Shown: positions 52,615 to 63,208, numbered from the stretch's first letter. The stretch: 64,000 nucleotides of DNA from an uncultured Chlamydiae bacterium (GCA_963730605.1 CAVSSM010000001.1:673987-737986), one strand, 5' to 3'. Notes: generated by a model from the letters alone, not told the origin. A program made the numbers and translations.

Positions 52615-53502
52615 ATGTCACTTGCCTGCGTCATCCCAGCCCGATACAACAGCTCCCGTTTTCCCGGGAAACTGCTTGCAAAAGCCCAAGGAAAGACGGT
52701 TCTCCAGAGAACGTTTGAATGCGCCAGCCGTTGTCCATCCTTAAGCAGCCTCTACGTCGCCACTGATGACGAAAGGATTGCGGAGCATGTGAGGCAAATA
52801 GGCGGGGAGGTACTATGGACCTCGACGGCCCCCCGCGACGGAACCGCGAGGGTCATTGAGGCCTTGAGCCGCCATGCTGTACTCCAGAAGGCCTCCTATG
52901 TCATGGTCCTCCAAGGAGATCACCCCTGCACGAAGCCTGAGACGATCGTAAAGATCGCCGAGGATCTCCGCTCCTCCAAAGACGCAAGTCTAGCGACCGC
53001 CGCCGCCCCGATACGGAACAGGGAGGATTTCCTCTCTCCTGATGTCGTTAAGTGCGTTTTTGACGTCAATGGCTACGCCCTCTATTTCAGCCGCGCGCCC
53101 ATTCCCTGCCATTTCTCTAAACGCCCTCTCTTTGCCTTTGCCCATATCGGCATTTATTGCTACCGCAGGGCTTTTTTGGAGCGTCTGGCCTCCTTGAAAA
53201 CGACCGACCTTCAGGAAAACGAAGATTTGGAACAGCTCAAGGTGCTTGAATTGGGATACCGGATCAAAGTCTCCTTGGCCGATGAAAAAACGCCCAGTGT
53301 CGACACACCGTCTGACCTCGTAAAACTTGAAGAATACTTGAACCGTGTGCAGGAAGGTTTTGTGAATTTTGGCTCTGCGAGCCAAAGCAAAATTGATCCG
53401 AATGAGGAAGACCATTCCCGAATAGGGAAGGCTGACGAGGAGGGTCGATTTTGCAAAGGCGTAGCCAGCCAAAATTCACAAAACCTGACGGAGCGCGGTT
53501 GA
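52615..53502 (+). CDS. kdsB: CMP-Kdo synthetase with element-derived 53-aa C-terminal tail
   Basis: IPARYNSSRFPGK, ALYFSRAPIP, EDLEQLKVLE, SVDTPSDL. Confidence 0.93.
   Translation: MSLACVIPARYNSSRFPGKLLAKAQGKTVLQRTFECASRCPSLSSLYVATDDERIAEHVRQIGGEVLWTSTAPRDGTARVIEALSRHAVLQKASYVMVLQGDHPCTKPETIVKIAEDLRSSKDASLATAAAPIRNREDFLSPDVVKCVFDVNGYALYFSRAPIPCHFSKRPLFAFAHIGIYCYRRAFLERLASLKTTDLQENEDLEQLKVLELGYRIKVSLADEKTPSVDTPSDLVKLEEYLNRVQEGFVNFGSASQSKIDPNEEDHSRIGKADEEGRFCKGVASQNSQNLTERG
53339..53502. mobile_element. ~164-bp palindromic element at the kdsB/pyrG junction
   Basis: aaccgtgtgcaggaaggttttgtgaattttggct vs revcomp of end aaccgcgctccgtcaggttttgtgaattttggct. Confidence 0.88.
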
Positions 53503-55124
53503 TGCAAACAAAATACATTTTCGTAACCGGCGGCGTCGTCTCATCCTTGGGAAAAGGACTCACCGCCGCATCGATCGGCCATTTGCTGGAATGCCGCGGG
53601 CTAAAGATCGCAATGCTTAAGCTCGATCCCTACCTGAACGTCGACCCCGGGACAATGAACCCCTTCCAGCACGGAGAAGTGTACGTGACCGACGACGGGG
53701 CTGAGACAGACCTAGACCTTGGCCACTATTACCGTTATACGCAGAGTCCCCTCTCCAAAGCATCGAACGCCACTTCAGGCCAAATTTACGAAAGGGTCAT
53801 CAAACGGGAACGCAAGGGAGATTATCTCGGCAAAACCGTTCAAGTGGTCCCTCATGTCACGGATGAAATCAAACTCCGGATTTTAGGGTGCGCAAATCAG
53901 GAGCCGAATATTCAAGTCGTGATCGTAGAGATCGGCGGCACTGTAGGAGACATCGAATCGCTCCCCTTTCTCGAAGCGATCCGCCAATTCCGCTATGAAC
54001 GGCCAAAGGACTGCATCAACATCCACTTGACCTATGTCCCCTACCTCAAAGCGGCAGGCGAGGTGAAGACGAAGCCGACCCAGCACTCGGTCCAGGATTT
54101 GCGCGAGATCGGCATCGTGCCCGACATCATCTTATGCAGGTGCGAACAAAAGCTCTCGGATGAAATCAAAGCGAAAATTTCCCTCTTTTGCAACGTCCCC
54201 CAGGATGCCGTGATCGACGAAAAAGACGTTGCGAGCAGCATCTATGAAGTGCCGGTAGAACTCCACAGACAAGGCCTGGACGCGATGATTTGCAAGACCC
54301 TCAAACTCGACGGCGGCAAATCGGACCTGTCCCGCTGGGAAAAAATGCTTCATGTCGTCCTCAATCCTAAGGACAAAATTGTCATTGGCGTCGTGGGTAA
54401 ATACATGGATCACCAGGATGCGTACAAGTCGGTCTTCGAATCGCTTCAACACGGGGCGATTTCGGCCAAAGTGGGCATTGAGATCCGACGCTTCGAATCA
54501 GACCGGATCCAAGAGAACGGTTCGGTGGAAAAGGCGATTGCCGGCTGCGACGGATATCTGGTCCCCGGAGGGTTCGGCGAGCGGGGATGGGAAGGGAAGG
54601 TTCAGACCGCCCGTTATTGCAGGATAAAAGAGATCCCCTACTTAGGTCTTTGCCTAGGGATGCAAGTGATGATCGTAGAATTCGCCCGCAATGTCCTTGG
54701 CCTTGAGGGGGCCAATTCCACGGAGGTGGATCCGAATACCCCTGAGCCTGTGATTTCCATGCTCTCCGAACAGAAAAAGATCGAGATCAAGGGCGGCACG
54801 ATGCGGATTGGGGCCTACCCTTGCGAGATCGTCAAAGACACTCTCGCCTATAAAGCTTACGGAAAAGGGCTGATCTCCGAACGGCACCGGCACAGGTATG
54901 AATTCAATAACCAGTACAAAAGCCGATTCGAGGCAAAAGGGATGATTTTTTCAGGAAATCTGGAAAAGGAATCCCTTTGCGAAATCTCGGAAATCAAAGG
55001 CCACCCTTGGATGCTCGGCGTTCAATTCCATCCCGAGTTCAAATCAAGGCCTCTCGATCCCCATCCTCTTTTTCGAGATTTCATCCAAGCCGTGATCGTG
55101 ATGAAAGAAAGTAAAGGTCTCTGA
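53502..55124 (+). CDS. pyrG: CTP synthase
   Basis: [32 protein letters not shown]. Confidence 0.97.
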   Translation: MQTKYIFVTGGVVSSLGKGLTAASIGHLLECRGLKIAMLKLDPYLNVDPGTMNPFQHGEVYVTDDGAETDLDLGHYYRYTQSPLSKASNATSGQIYERVIKRERKGDYLGKTVQVVPHVTDEIKLRILGCANQEPNIQVVIVEIGGTVGDIESLPFLEAIRQFRYERPKDCINIHLTYVPYLKAAGEVKTKPTQHSVQDLREIGIVPDIILCRCEQKLSDEIKAKISLFCNVPQDAVIDEKDVASSIYEVPVELHRQGLDAMICKTLKLDGGKSDLSRWEKMLHVVLNPKDKIVIGVVGKYMDHQDAYKSVFESLQHGAISAKVGIEIRRFESDRIQENGSVEKAIAGCDGYLVPGGFGERGWEGKVQTARYCRIKEIPYLGLCLGMQVMIVEFARNVLGLEGANSTEVDPNTPEPVISMLSEQKKIEIKGGTMRIGAYPCEIVKDTLAYKAYGKGLISERHRHRYEFNNQYKSRFEAKGMIFSGNLEKESLCEISEIKGHPWMLGVQFHPEFKSRPLDPHPLFRDFIQAVIVMKESKGL

Positions 55125-55540
55125 TGCCGCGGATCGCAGCGATCGATTTTGGGTTAAAACGAATTGGAATCGCGATTTCCGATGACCGGAAAAAAGTGGC
55201 CCTTCCCTTGGCAACGGTCGAGGGGGGAAAGAAAGGGGTCGCGAATACCGTAGCGGCGCTGCTTCAAAAAAAGAAAGAGATCGAAAAGATTCTCGTCGGG
55301 CTTCCACTTCTCATGAGCGGAAAAAAAGGCGATATGGCCAAAGAGGTCGAAGCGTTTGCCAAAGCCCTTGAAGAGGCGATCGCGATCCCCGTCGAACTTT
55401 GCGACGAGAGGCTGTCGAGCAAGATGGCCGATCAAGGGATGAGGGAACTTTCAATGAATCGAAAGGAAAGGGCAGAGCGGGTCGACATGGCCGCGGCAGC
55501 GCTCCTTTTGCAATGCTATCTTGATAAAAACCAATGTTAG
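55124..55540 (+). CDS. ruvX: pre-16S rRNA nuclease / resolvase-like RuvX
   Basis: AIDFGLKRIGIAISD, VGLPL, DERLSS, VDMAAA. Confidence 0.92.
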   Translation: MPRIAAIDFGLKRIGIAISDDRKKVALPLATVEGGKKGVANTVAALLQKKKEIEKILVGLPLLMSGKKGDMAKEVEAFAKALEEAIAIPVELCDERLSSKMADQGMRELSMNRKERAERVDMAAAALLLQCYLDKNQC

Positions 55541-55558
55541 CGGTTACAGATTGTCAAT

Positions 55559-57091
55559 ATGACATCCATTCTTGAAGAACCGGGCCGCAGCGCCCGTTCG
55601 ATCGATCCATGCATCCTTGTTATTTTCGGGGCGACGGGCGACCTCACTGGGCGCCGTCTCGCCCCTGCGCTTTATAACTTAGGGCGGGAAGGGCAGCTCC
55701 CAGCGAATTTTGCCCTCGTTGGATTTGCAAGGAGAACAAAGACCCATCAGGAATTCCAGAGTGAGCTGAAAGATGCCGTTTCTTCTTTTTCCCGAGTAAA
55801 ACCCATCGACGAGGGTTGTTGGAGGAATTTTCAGGAGCAAATTTTTTACCATGCTTCCGAATTTGACGACGATCGGGGCTACGAATCGCTGGCCAAGTTT
55901 TTAGACAATCTCGACGGAAGGTACGCGACTCGAGGAAACCGCGTTTTCTACCTTTCCGTCCAGCCTAAGTTCTTTCCTGTCATCATCGAAAAACTCCATA
56001 AATTCGGCCTTGTCTACGACGTCCACACAACTAAGGATAAATGGTCCCGCGTCATCATCGAAAAGCCTTTTGGGCGCGACAGCGAATCGGCAGCGGCTCT
56101 CCAGACGGAGATCTCCAAACATCTCGATGAGTCGCAAATTTACAGGATCGATCATTACCTTGGAAAAGAAACGGTCCAAAACCTCCTTGTTTTCCGGTTT
56201 GCTAATTCGATTTTTGAATCGCTTTGGAATTACCGGCATGTCGACCATGTCCAAATCACTGTGGCTGAAGATATCGGCATAGGGACTCGAGGCCACTTCT
56301 TTGAAGAAGAGGGGCTTTGCCGCGACGTCGTGCAAAACCATATGATGCAGCTTCTATCTCTTGTCGCCATGGAGCCGCCTGTATCTTTAAGCGCTGGAGC
56401 GATCCGCGATGAGAAGGTCAAAGCGCTCCAATCGATCCGCCCTTTGAACGATAAGGATTTTGAACGCCAGATCATCCGCGGGCAATATGGCAAAGGGTTT
56501 ATCAATGGCAAAGACGCCGTCGCTTACAGAGAGGAACAAGATGTCTCCCCAATTTCAAATATCGAAACCTATGTCGCCTGCCGTTTCTTCATCGACAATT
56601 GGCGGTGGGCCGGAGTCCCTTTCTATTTACGGGGAGGAAAAAGGCTGCCCAAGCGGGTCACTGAAATCGCGATCGTCTTCAAAGACGCCCCTGGAGTTCT
56701 TTTTCAACAGGGGGGGAAACGAAATGAGCAAAATGTCCTTGCGATCCGGATCCAGCCTGACGAAGGGATCTCAATGAAGGTCAATTGCAAAGTCCCTGGG
56801 CCCAGCAGCCCTATACAACCCGTCAAGATGGATTTCCGCTACGGATCCTACTTCGGCAAAAGCGCTCCCGAGGCTTACGAGCGGCTCATCTGGGACTGCA
56901 TCACCGGCGACAGCACCCTCTTTGCCCGCGCAGACGAAGTGGAACAGTCCTGGAAAATTTTCACCCCGATCCTTAAATATTGGACAGCCCATTCCCCAAA
57001 GGGTTTTCCTAATTACGACTCGGGAAGCTGGGGGCCGAAGGCCGCTGATGCGATGATCGCTCAGGACGGCCGTGCGTGGAGAATGCCTTAA
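55559..57091 (+). CDS. zwf: glucose-6-phosphate 1-dehydrogenase
   Basis: [31 protein letters not shown]. Confidence 0.97.
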   Translation: MTSILEEPGRSARSIDPCILVIFGATGDLTGRRLAPALYNLGREGQLPANFALVGFARRTKTHQEFQSELKDAVSSFSRVKPIDEGCWRNFQEQIFYHASEFDDDRGYESLAKFLDNLDGRYATRGNRVFYLSVQPKFFPVIIEKLHKFGLVYDVHTTKDKWSRVIIEKPFGRDSESAAALQTEISKHLDESQIYRIDHYLGKETVQNLLVFRFANSIFESLWNYRHVDHVQITVAEDIGIGTRGHFFEEEGLCRDVVQNHMMQLLSLVAMEPPVSLSAGAIRDEKVKALQSIRPLNDKDFERQIIRGQYGKGFINGKDAVAYREEQDVSPISNIETYVACRFFIDNWRWAGVPFYLRGGKRLPKRVTEIAIVFKDAPGVLFQQGGKRNEQNVLAIRIQPDEGISMKVNCKVPGPSSPIQPVKMDFRYGSYFGKSAPEAYERLIWDCITGDSTLFARADEVEQSWKIFTPILKYWTAHSPKGFPNYDSGSWGPKAADAMIAQDGRAWRMP

Positions 57092-57120
57092 GAAATGAAT
57101 TTTATAACACCCTCTAAAAA

Positions 57121-58200
57121 ATGACGATTCAGCAAATAGTCGATCCTTCCAACATCGAACCTGAGCTCATCCGCATTTGGGAAACCCTTGCAAAAGAAAA
57201 GAAAACGACCCGGGCATCGCTTTTCAACCTCATCGTCTTCACCAAGCTCTCCTCTCGCACCGATTATTTCAGGAACATCGTACAAAAAGTCGTTGAAAAA
57301 TTCCCCTGTCGTACCCTCTTTATCTCCCATGATCCCGATTCTCCCAAGCCTTATCTGAAGACCGCCATCTCTGTCCTTTCCCCCTCCGCACAAGACGCAT
57401 CGATCGCTTGCGACCAGATCGATATTGGAGTCGCTGGCTTTGATTTAGAGAAAGTTCCCTCAGTGATCTTGCCTCATCTGCTTCCCGATCTGCCCAATTA
57501 CCTGCTTTGGGCCGAAGACCCAAGCATCTCAAATCCCCTCTTCACATCTCTTTCCCATCTCGCCACCCGTATCATCTTTGACTCCGAATCGGCAGACAGC
57601 CTCCTTGCTTTCGCAAAAACTCTGCTGGACCTGCATCAAAAAACTGGAATCGAGATCGCCGACCTGAATTGGGCCCGCACGCAAGGATGGCGCGACCTCA
57701 TCGCCTCTAGCTTCGACACCGGGCAAAGGCAAGGGCTCCTCAAGCAGATCTCTCTTTTAAAAATCGTATACAACAGTCGCAAAAGCGAATTTTTCTGTCA
57801 TCTCAAGATCCAAGCGATGTACATTCTTGCCTGGGCGTCTTCGCGCCTCGGATGGAAATTCGAAAAAGCTTCTCCCTCTCTCCACTTCCAGTTTTACGTC
57901 GTTGATGCGCGCATCCAATCTGAAAACTGGGAAAAATTAGGTTCGGGAACCGTGATCTCCATCGCAATCCACACCTCCGATGGGCATGTTTTCGAAGCCG
58001 GACGGATTAAAGAGGCATACCACTACGCCAAAATTCAATTTTCTTCGGAGGAGCAGTGCGATCTTCCCTACCGGTTCGTGCTCGGGCAGACGGCGACCGG
58101 CCAATCTCTTGTTAAAGAAATCTGCACCAAAGGGACGAGCGCGCATTATCTGGAGATGCTCAAAGAATTAAGAATTCTGGACCAAGACCGACTATGCTGA
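57121..58200 (+). CDS. opcA: G6PD assembly/effector protein OpcA
   Basis: Between zwf and pgl; LLPDLP..LLW, DLNWART..WR motifs. Confidence 0.85.
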   Translation: MTIQQIVDPSNIEPELIRIWETLAKEKKTTRASLFNLIVFTKLSSRTDYFRNIVQKVVEKFPCRTLFISHDPDSPKPYLKTAISVLSPSAQDASIACDQIDIGVAGFDLEKVPSVILPHLLPDLPNYLLWAEDPSISNPLFTSLSHLATRIIFDSESADSLLAFAKTLLDLHQKTGIEIADLNWARTQGWRDLIASSFDTGQRQGLLKQISLLKIVYNSRKSEFFCHLKIQAMYILAWASSRLGWKFEKASPSLHFQFYVVDARIQSENWEKLGSGTVISIAIHTSDGHVFEAGRIKEAYHYAKIQFSSEEQCDLPYRFVLGQTATGQSLVKEICTKGTSAHYLEMLKELRILDQDRLC

Positions 58201-58946
58201 CGCAATCCATCGAATCGTGGGACGACCGCCGTTTAGTTTTAGTGCCAGGCACGAATGAGGAGACGATCCGCTTCGCCGCCGAACATTGGATCCATTCGGC
58301 CAAACGCTCCATCCAGCAACGGGGACATTTCGCCGTCGCTCTCTCGGGAGGAGCTACTCCTAAGGCGATCTACAAGATACTCTCCAGTGAAAAACTCGAG
58401 TGGGACAAAGTACTTCTTTTCTGGAGCGACGAACGGGGCGTCCCTCCAGACCATCCCGATAGCAACTATCATATGGCCATGGAAAGCGGCCTGAAATCCC
58501 TGCCGATTCCGCCAGACCGGATCTTCCGGATGCAAACCGAAGGGAACCCCGAGGCCAACGCAAAAGATTATGAGGACAAAATCCGGCGCATCCTCGGCAA
58601 AACCCTTTTTGACCTTGTCATGCTGGGCGTAGGCGTTGATGGCCACACCGCATCGCTATTCCCCCAATCTCCCGCTCTTACCATAGAAGACCGGCTTGTC
58701 GCCGCCCAATCCGTTCCTGAAAAAAAGAATTGGCGGATGACCTTGACATTCCCCTGCATCAATGAAAGCAGGCAAAGCGTCATCTACGCACTCGGCGCGT
58801 CCAAAGCTCCCATCGTCCAAATCGCACTCAACGCCCCGATCGTTTCTCCCTACCCCGCAAGCCGCGTCGGCACCCCCGACCACAAAGCGCTCTGGATTTT
58901 AGACAGCGCCGCCGCGAGTCAACTAAAAATATCACAATCGCCTTGA
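58194..58946 (+). CDS. pgl: 6-phosphogluconolactonase (mirror copy)
   Basis: Same protein as 34224-34976. Confidence 0.93.
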   Translation: MLTQSIESWDDRRLVLVPGTNEETIRFAAEHWIHSAKRSIQQRGHFAVALSGGATPKAIYKILSSEKLEWDKVLLFWSDERGVPPDHPDSNYHMAMESGLKSLPIPPDRIFRMQTEGNPEANAKDYEDKIRRILGKTLFDLVMLGVGVDGHTASLFPQSPALTIEDRLVAAQSVPEKKNWRMTLTFPCINESRQSVIYALGASKAPIVQIALNAPIVSPYPASRVGTPDHKALWILDSAAASQLKISQSP

Positions 58947-59156
58947 AAATTTGTTTCGATATACATCTGGCTCATAGGAATAAATTTTTTCTGGACGAAT
59001 ATATCGCCGTCAGAGCATAATCCACAACCGTTTAAATTTAGGAAGGATTAACTATTCCTTAAAGTCATTTTTACTATTTACAGTTATTCCGCCTTCAGCG
59101 TAAAATAGAAGCCGGAATAGAAAGAATTAACTTCCAAAAAAAAAGGTGAAAAAATT

Positions 59157-59759
59157 ATGGAACAATTAACTTCCACTTCGCATCAAGTCGCTTACAATGC
59201 GACCCAGACTGTAAGACCCAGATTTGGTTTTGAAACCCACTGGAACCAAGTGACAAACCCATCTGGCGGCAATATCATTTCAAGAACTGTGAATGCAGCA
59301 ATCGCGGTCTTCGTAAATCTTGCGAAAGCCATTGTCAACGCTACTCTCTGGCCGCTGAACAAGATTCATAGCCTCTTGTTTGGGAAACCAGCGAACACGA
59401 TTACGATCGAAGACGACATCGAGATCCAACAAGACACCGTAACGGTCGACATCGCTGAATCGAATCAAATGAATGACGAGACCATCTCTGAGCCGGTTGT
59501 CGTAGGCTCAAATAGAAACTGGCAGAATGCAGGTAAAGCAGGTCTTGCTGTCGTAGCGGCTTTCGTAGCAGTGGCTACTCTTTCTCGCGGCGCTCAGTAC
59601 TTTAGCGCGACGCAAAATAGCTTCACAGGAGCCATTGATAATTTCGTCTGCGGCATCCCTACCAGCATTTCGAATGGAGCTTCCTATGTCGCATCCGGTG
59701 TCGCATCCGGAGCGAAAAGTGGAGTCTGCACGGTGACATTCGGAAAGTACTGCCCATAA
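59157..59759 (+). CDS. hypothetical membrane protein (mirror copy)
   Basis: Same protein as 33411-34013. Confidence 0.65.
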   Translation: MEQLTSTSHQVAYNATQTVRPRFGFETHWNQVTNPSGGNIISRTVNAAIAVFVNLAKAIVNATLWPLNKIHSLLFGKPANTITIEDDIEIQQDTVTVDIAESNQMNDETISEPVVVGSNRNWQNAGKAGLAVVAAFVAVATLSRGAQYFSATQNSFTGAIDNFVCGIPTSISNGASYVASGVASGAKSGVCTVTFGKYCP

Positions 59760-59785
59760 TTCCATCCCAAGAAATGGAATGTGTC

Positions 59786-59813
59786 AAAAAGGCTCCCCTT
59801 TGGGAGCCTTTTT
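59786..59813. terminator. intrinsic terminator (mirror copy)
   Basis: aaaaaggctccc-cttt-gggagccttttt. Confidence 0.8.
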
Positions 59814-59833
59814 CTTTATACTGGAGTTTTTCC

Positions 59834-60835
59834 ATGATTGTTTTAGGTATCGAAACCACGTGCGATGAGACGGCAGCCTCGCTTGTCCGAGATGGGCGGG
59901 AGATCCTTTCTAATGTGATCGCCTCTTCTGCCGACATCCACGAAAAATACGGAGGAGTCTTCCCTGAGCTTGCCTGCCGCAGGCACATCGATGCCGTGAT
60001 CCCTGTCATCGAGGAAGCGATCCTTCCCCTCGTACCCTCCCACAAAAGTTTTATTGACCTTATTGCAGTGGCCAAAGGCCCTGGGCTCATCGGAGCGCTG
60101 CTCATCGGCATGCAGGCCGCTAAAGGCCTTTCTTTAGCCTGGAATAAGCCTCTCATCGGGGTCAACCATGTGGAAGCCCACCTTTATGGGGCCATGATGG
60201 GAGCGCCCGAGCCGCTCCTTTTTCCGGCGCTGGGGATCGTACTTTCTGGCGGTCATACCTTCCTAGTGAAAATTTTAGATGTCGGCCGATATGAATTATT
60301 GGGAACTACGGTCGATGACGCCATCGGCGAAGCCTTCGACAAGGTGGCAACTCTTCTCGGACTTCCCTATCCAGGAGGCCCTGGGATCGAAAAAATGGCT
60401 TGCAGCGGCACTTCCGGACGGTTCCCCTTTAAAGCGGGGCGGGTCAAGAAAAATCCTCTCGATTTTTCCTTCAGCGGGCTGAAAACAAGCGTCTATTACG
60501 CCATAAAGGACCGAGTTGTAGATGAAAAAGAAAAAGCCGATGTGGCGGCGTCCTTCCAAGAAACCGCGTTTTTAGACGTCGTCTCCAAAGCGGCTTTGGC
60601 GATCTCAGAGTTCCCTTGCCGCGCGATCTACCTCGGAGGAGGCGTCTCTAATAACCGCCGCCTCCGAGCCCTCTTTGTTGAAAGATTCAGCGGCCTCTCG
60701 GTTTTCTTCCCTGCCCAAAACCTTTGCCTCGATAACGCCGCGATGATCGCGGGACTCGGATTCCATAAATTTCTTCAAAACCCGGCGGGCGATCCTTTAG
60801 ATCTGAATGTCATGGCCCGAATCTCAATTGCGTGA
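59834..60835 (+). CDS. tsaD: tRNA t6A threonylcarbamoyltransferase (mirror copy)
   Basis: Same protein as left-arm copy. Confidence 0.96.
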   Translation: MIVLGIETTCDETAASLVRDGREILSNVIASSADIHEKYGGVFPELACRRHIDAVIPVIEEAILPLVPSHKSFIDLIAVAKGPGLIGALLIGMQAAKGLSLAWNKPLIGVNHVEAHLYGAMMGAPEPLLFPALGIVLSGGHTFLVKILDVGRYELLGTTVDDAIGEAFDKVATLLGLPYPGGPGIEKMACSGTSGRFPFKAGRVKKNPLDFSFSGLKTSVYYAIKDRVVDEKEKADVAASFQETAFLDVVSKAALAISEFPCRAIYLGGGVSNNRRLRALFVERFSGLSVFFPAQNLCLDNAAMIAGLGFHKFLQNPAGDPLDLNVMARISIA

Positions 60836-60882
60836 AATCGTCCTTTTTCTGTAGAATAAGGCCTTGATAATGAGGATTTCAT

Positions 60883-61044
60883 ATGGCAAAAAAAGGCGCA
60901 CGAGAAAATATCCGGATGAAGAGCAGCGAGTCCACGGCATGCTACTGGACAAGAAAAAATAAGCGGAATACCACGGAGCGGATTGAATTGAAGAAATACG
61001 ATCCGATCCTGCGCAAGCACGTTGTTTTCAAGGAAGCAAAATAG
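60883..61044 (+). CDS. rpmG: 50S ribosomal protein L33 (mirror copy)
   Basis: 53 aa L33 sequence, GAGG RBS. Confidence 0.95.
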   Translation: MAKKGARENIRMKSSESTACYWTRKNKRNTTERIELKKYDPILRKHVVFKEAK

Positions 61045-61050
61045 GTTCCA

Positions 61051-62562
61051 TTGCTGTTCGAACTGCAGCTTGCGCTCAAGTATCTCATACCTCAAAGAAA
61101 GGCGCTCTCGACAGCTTTGATCTCCCTTCTTTCCGTGCTTGTCATCTCGCTTGTGATTTGGCTTGTCTTGGTGTTCCTTTCCGTGACAAGCGGAATGGAA
61201 AAAAATTGGCTGCAGAAGCTCACCTCTCTCCATGCCCCGATCCGCATCACTCCAACGCCCGCTTATTATAATTCTTATTATTACCAAATCGATAGCCTTT
61301 CGGCCGCCTCGAATTATTCCCTGAAAACCATCGGAGAGAAAAACGAAGCCGCAACTTCCGATCCCTATGCCGAAGAGACCGACCTCGAGCCTCCGCCCTA
61401 TTGGGCCCGTCCGGACCGTTCCTCGGACGGCACCCTCCGCGACCCAGTAAAAGCCGCTTACCGGGAACTGACTCGCCTGCAAGAGACTATTCCAGTCCTT
61501 GCCTTCCAAGATTACGAGATGAGCGGGGGGCTCCTCCGTATCGGCATTTCCAACGGCTCGTCTCTTTCCCAAATGACCTATCTTCTTTCGATACCAGAAA
61601 AAAATCCCAACTTATCTTCTCTTATCATGGATCCGCCGATCGAATTATCCCCAAAGTCGATGCAGCTTTGGGGGCCCCCAGGACAGACCCCAGGACAGAC
61701 CCAGGAGCAGACCCAAGATTTTCCCGTCTATCTTCCGAAAAGCTATAAAGAAAACGGGGTGATTGCAGGCGACCGGGGGACTCTCAGCTTCTCCGCCCCA
61801 ACGGCCGCTTCCTATCAAGAACAGCGCATCAGGGTCGTCGTCGCTGGGTTTTACGATCCAGGCATCCTTGCGATCGGAAACAAATGCGTTCTTGTCAGCA
61901 GCGTGATTACACGCTCGATTGCAGCCGCAAACCAAACGATCTCTCCTGACGGTACCCCGACAAACGGCATCTTCGTTTGGGTGAGCGACCTAAAAAAAGC
62001 CCCTGAGATGGCCTCCCTGATTAGAGACCGGTTTTCCTTGGCGGGCATCAGTTCCTATTGGGATGTCTCTACCTATGAGAATTTTGAGTTTGCGAAGGAT
62101 CTCATCGCCCAATTCCAAAGCGACCGGACGCTCCTTCTTTTGATCGCCTCGATCATCCTGGTTGTCGCATGCTCGAATATCATTTCGCTTCTTGTTCTCC
62201 TCGTCAACGACAAGAAAAAAGAGATCGCGATTCTCCTCTCGATGGGCGCATCGTTCGGGAGCATCGCGAGCATCTTCGCCATCTGTGGAGTCGTCATGGG
62301 CGCCCTTGGGTGCCTTTTTGGGAGCCTCGCGGCCATCTTCACTCTCCATCACCTCGATCATCTCGTCGCTTTTCTCAGCAATTTGCAAGGCCGTTCGGCG
62401 TTCAATCCCGCTTTCTTTGGACAATCCCTTCCAAACCAACTTGAGCCAGAGGCGTTTGTCTTCGTTCTGATTGCAACTCCTCTTCTTTCGCTTGCCGCCG
62501 GCCTCATTCCCGCCCTGAAAGCAAGCTGGATCCGTCCCTCTTCCACCTTGAGGTCTGAATGA
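61051..62562 (+). CDS. LolC/E-type permease (mirror copy)
   Basis: Same protein as 30608-32119. Confidence 0.85.
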   Translation: MLFELQLALKYLIPQRKALSTALISLLSVLVISLVIWLVLVFLSVTSGMEKNWLQKLTSLHAPIRITPTPAYYNSYYYQIDSLSAASNYSLKTIGEKNEAATSDPYAEETDLEPPPYWARPDRSSDGTLRDPVKAAYRELTRLQETIPVLAFQDYEMSGGLLRIGISNGSSLSQMTYLLSIPEKNPNLSSLIMDPPIELSPKSMQLWGPPGQTPGQTQEQTQDFPVYLPKSYKENGVIAGDRGTLSFSAPTAASYQEQRIRVVVAGFYDPGILAIGNKCVLVSSVITRSIAAANQTISPDGTPTNGIFVWVSDLKKAPEMASLIRDRFSLAGISSYWDVSTYENFEFAKDLIAQFQSDRTLLLLIASIILVVACSNIISLLVLLVNDKKKEIAILLSMGASFGSIASIFAICGVVMGALGCLFGSLAAIFTLHHLDHLVAFLSNLQGRSAFNPAFFGQSLPNQLEPEAFVFVLIATPLLSLAAGLIPALKASWIRPSSTLRSE

Positions 62563-63208
62563 TCCTCGTCGCCAAACGGTTGAACAAAGCGTACCGTTCT
62601 CCTGAAACCGTCGAGGTTCTTTCGGATATTTCTCTCTCTCATCCAAGGAGAGTCAATCGCCATCTGCGGCAGGTCGGGAGAGGGAAAAACCACTCTTCTC
62701 CACATTCTCGGAACCCTGGAAGAGGCCGACAGCGGCACTCTCGAAATCGAAGGGGTTCTTTGCGTTAGCTCCAATGCCGCATCGGTGCGGAGGCGCTCGA
62801 TCGGGTTGTCTTCCAATCGTTCAATTTGCTCGAGGGATTCACCGCCCTCGAAAACGTACTCATGCCTGCGAAAATTCTTCGCCGCCCCGTTTCTCGAAAA
62901 GAGGGGCTTGATCTTCTCGATACTGTCGGGCTGACTCATCGGGCCGATTTTCCGGTCAAACTCCTCTCTGGCGGAGAGCGGCAGCGCGTGGCGATCGCCC
63001 GGGCCCTTTGCAACGGCCCGAGCTTGATCCTTGCCGATGAGCCGTCCGGCAATCTCGACGCCGCGAACGCAATGGCCGTCGGCGACCTGCTTCTTTCGGT
63101 GGTACAGAGAGGAAGAAAAGCCTCATCCTTGCCACCCACGATGCCCGCCTCGCTCGCTGCTGCAGCAAAACCTACCACCTCGCCTCCGGCAAGCTCATCT
63201 GCGGATAG
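62559..63208 (+). pseudogene. lolD: LolD, frameshifted mirror copy
   Basis: Indels near 62635, 62805 and 63105 relative to the left copy. Confidence 0.75.
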
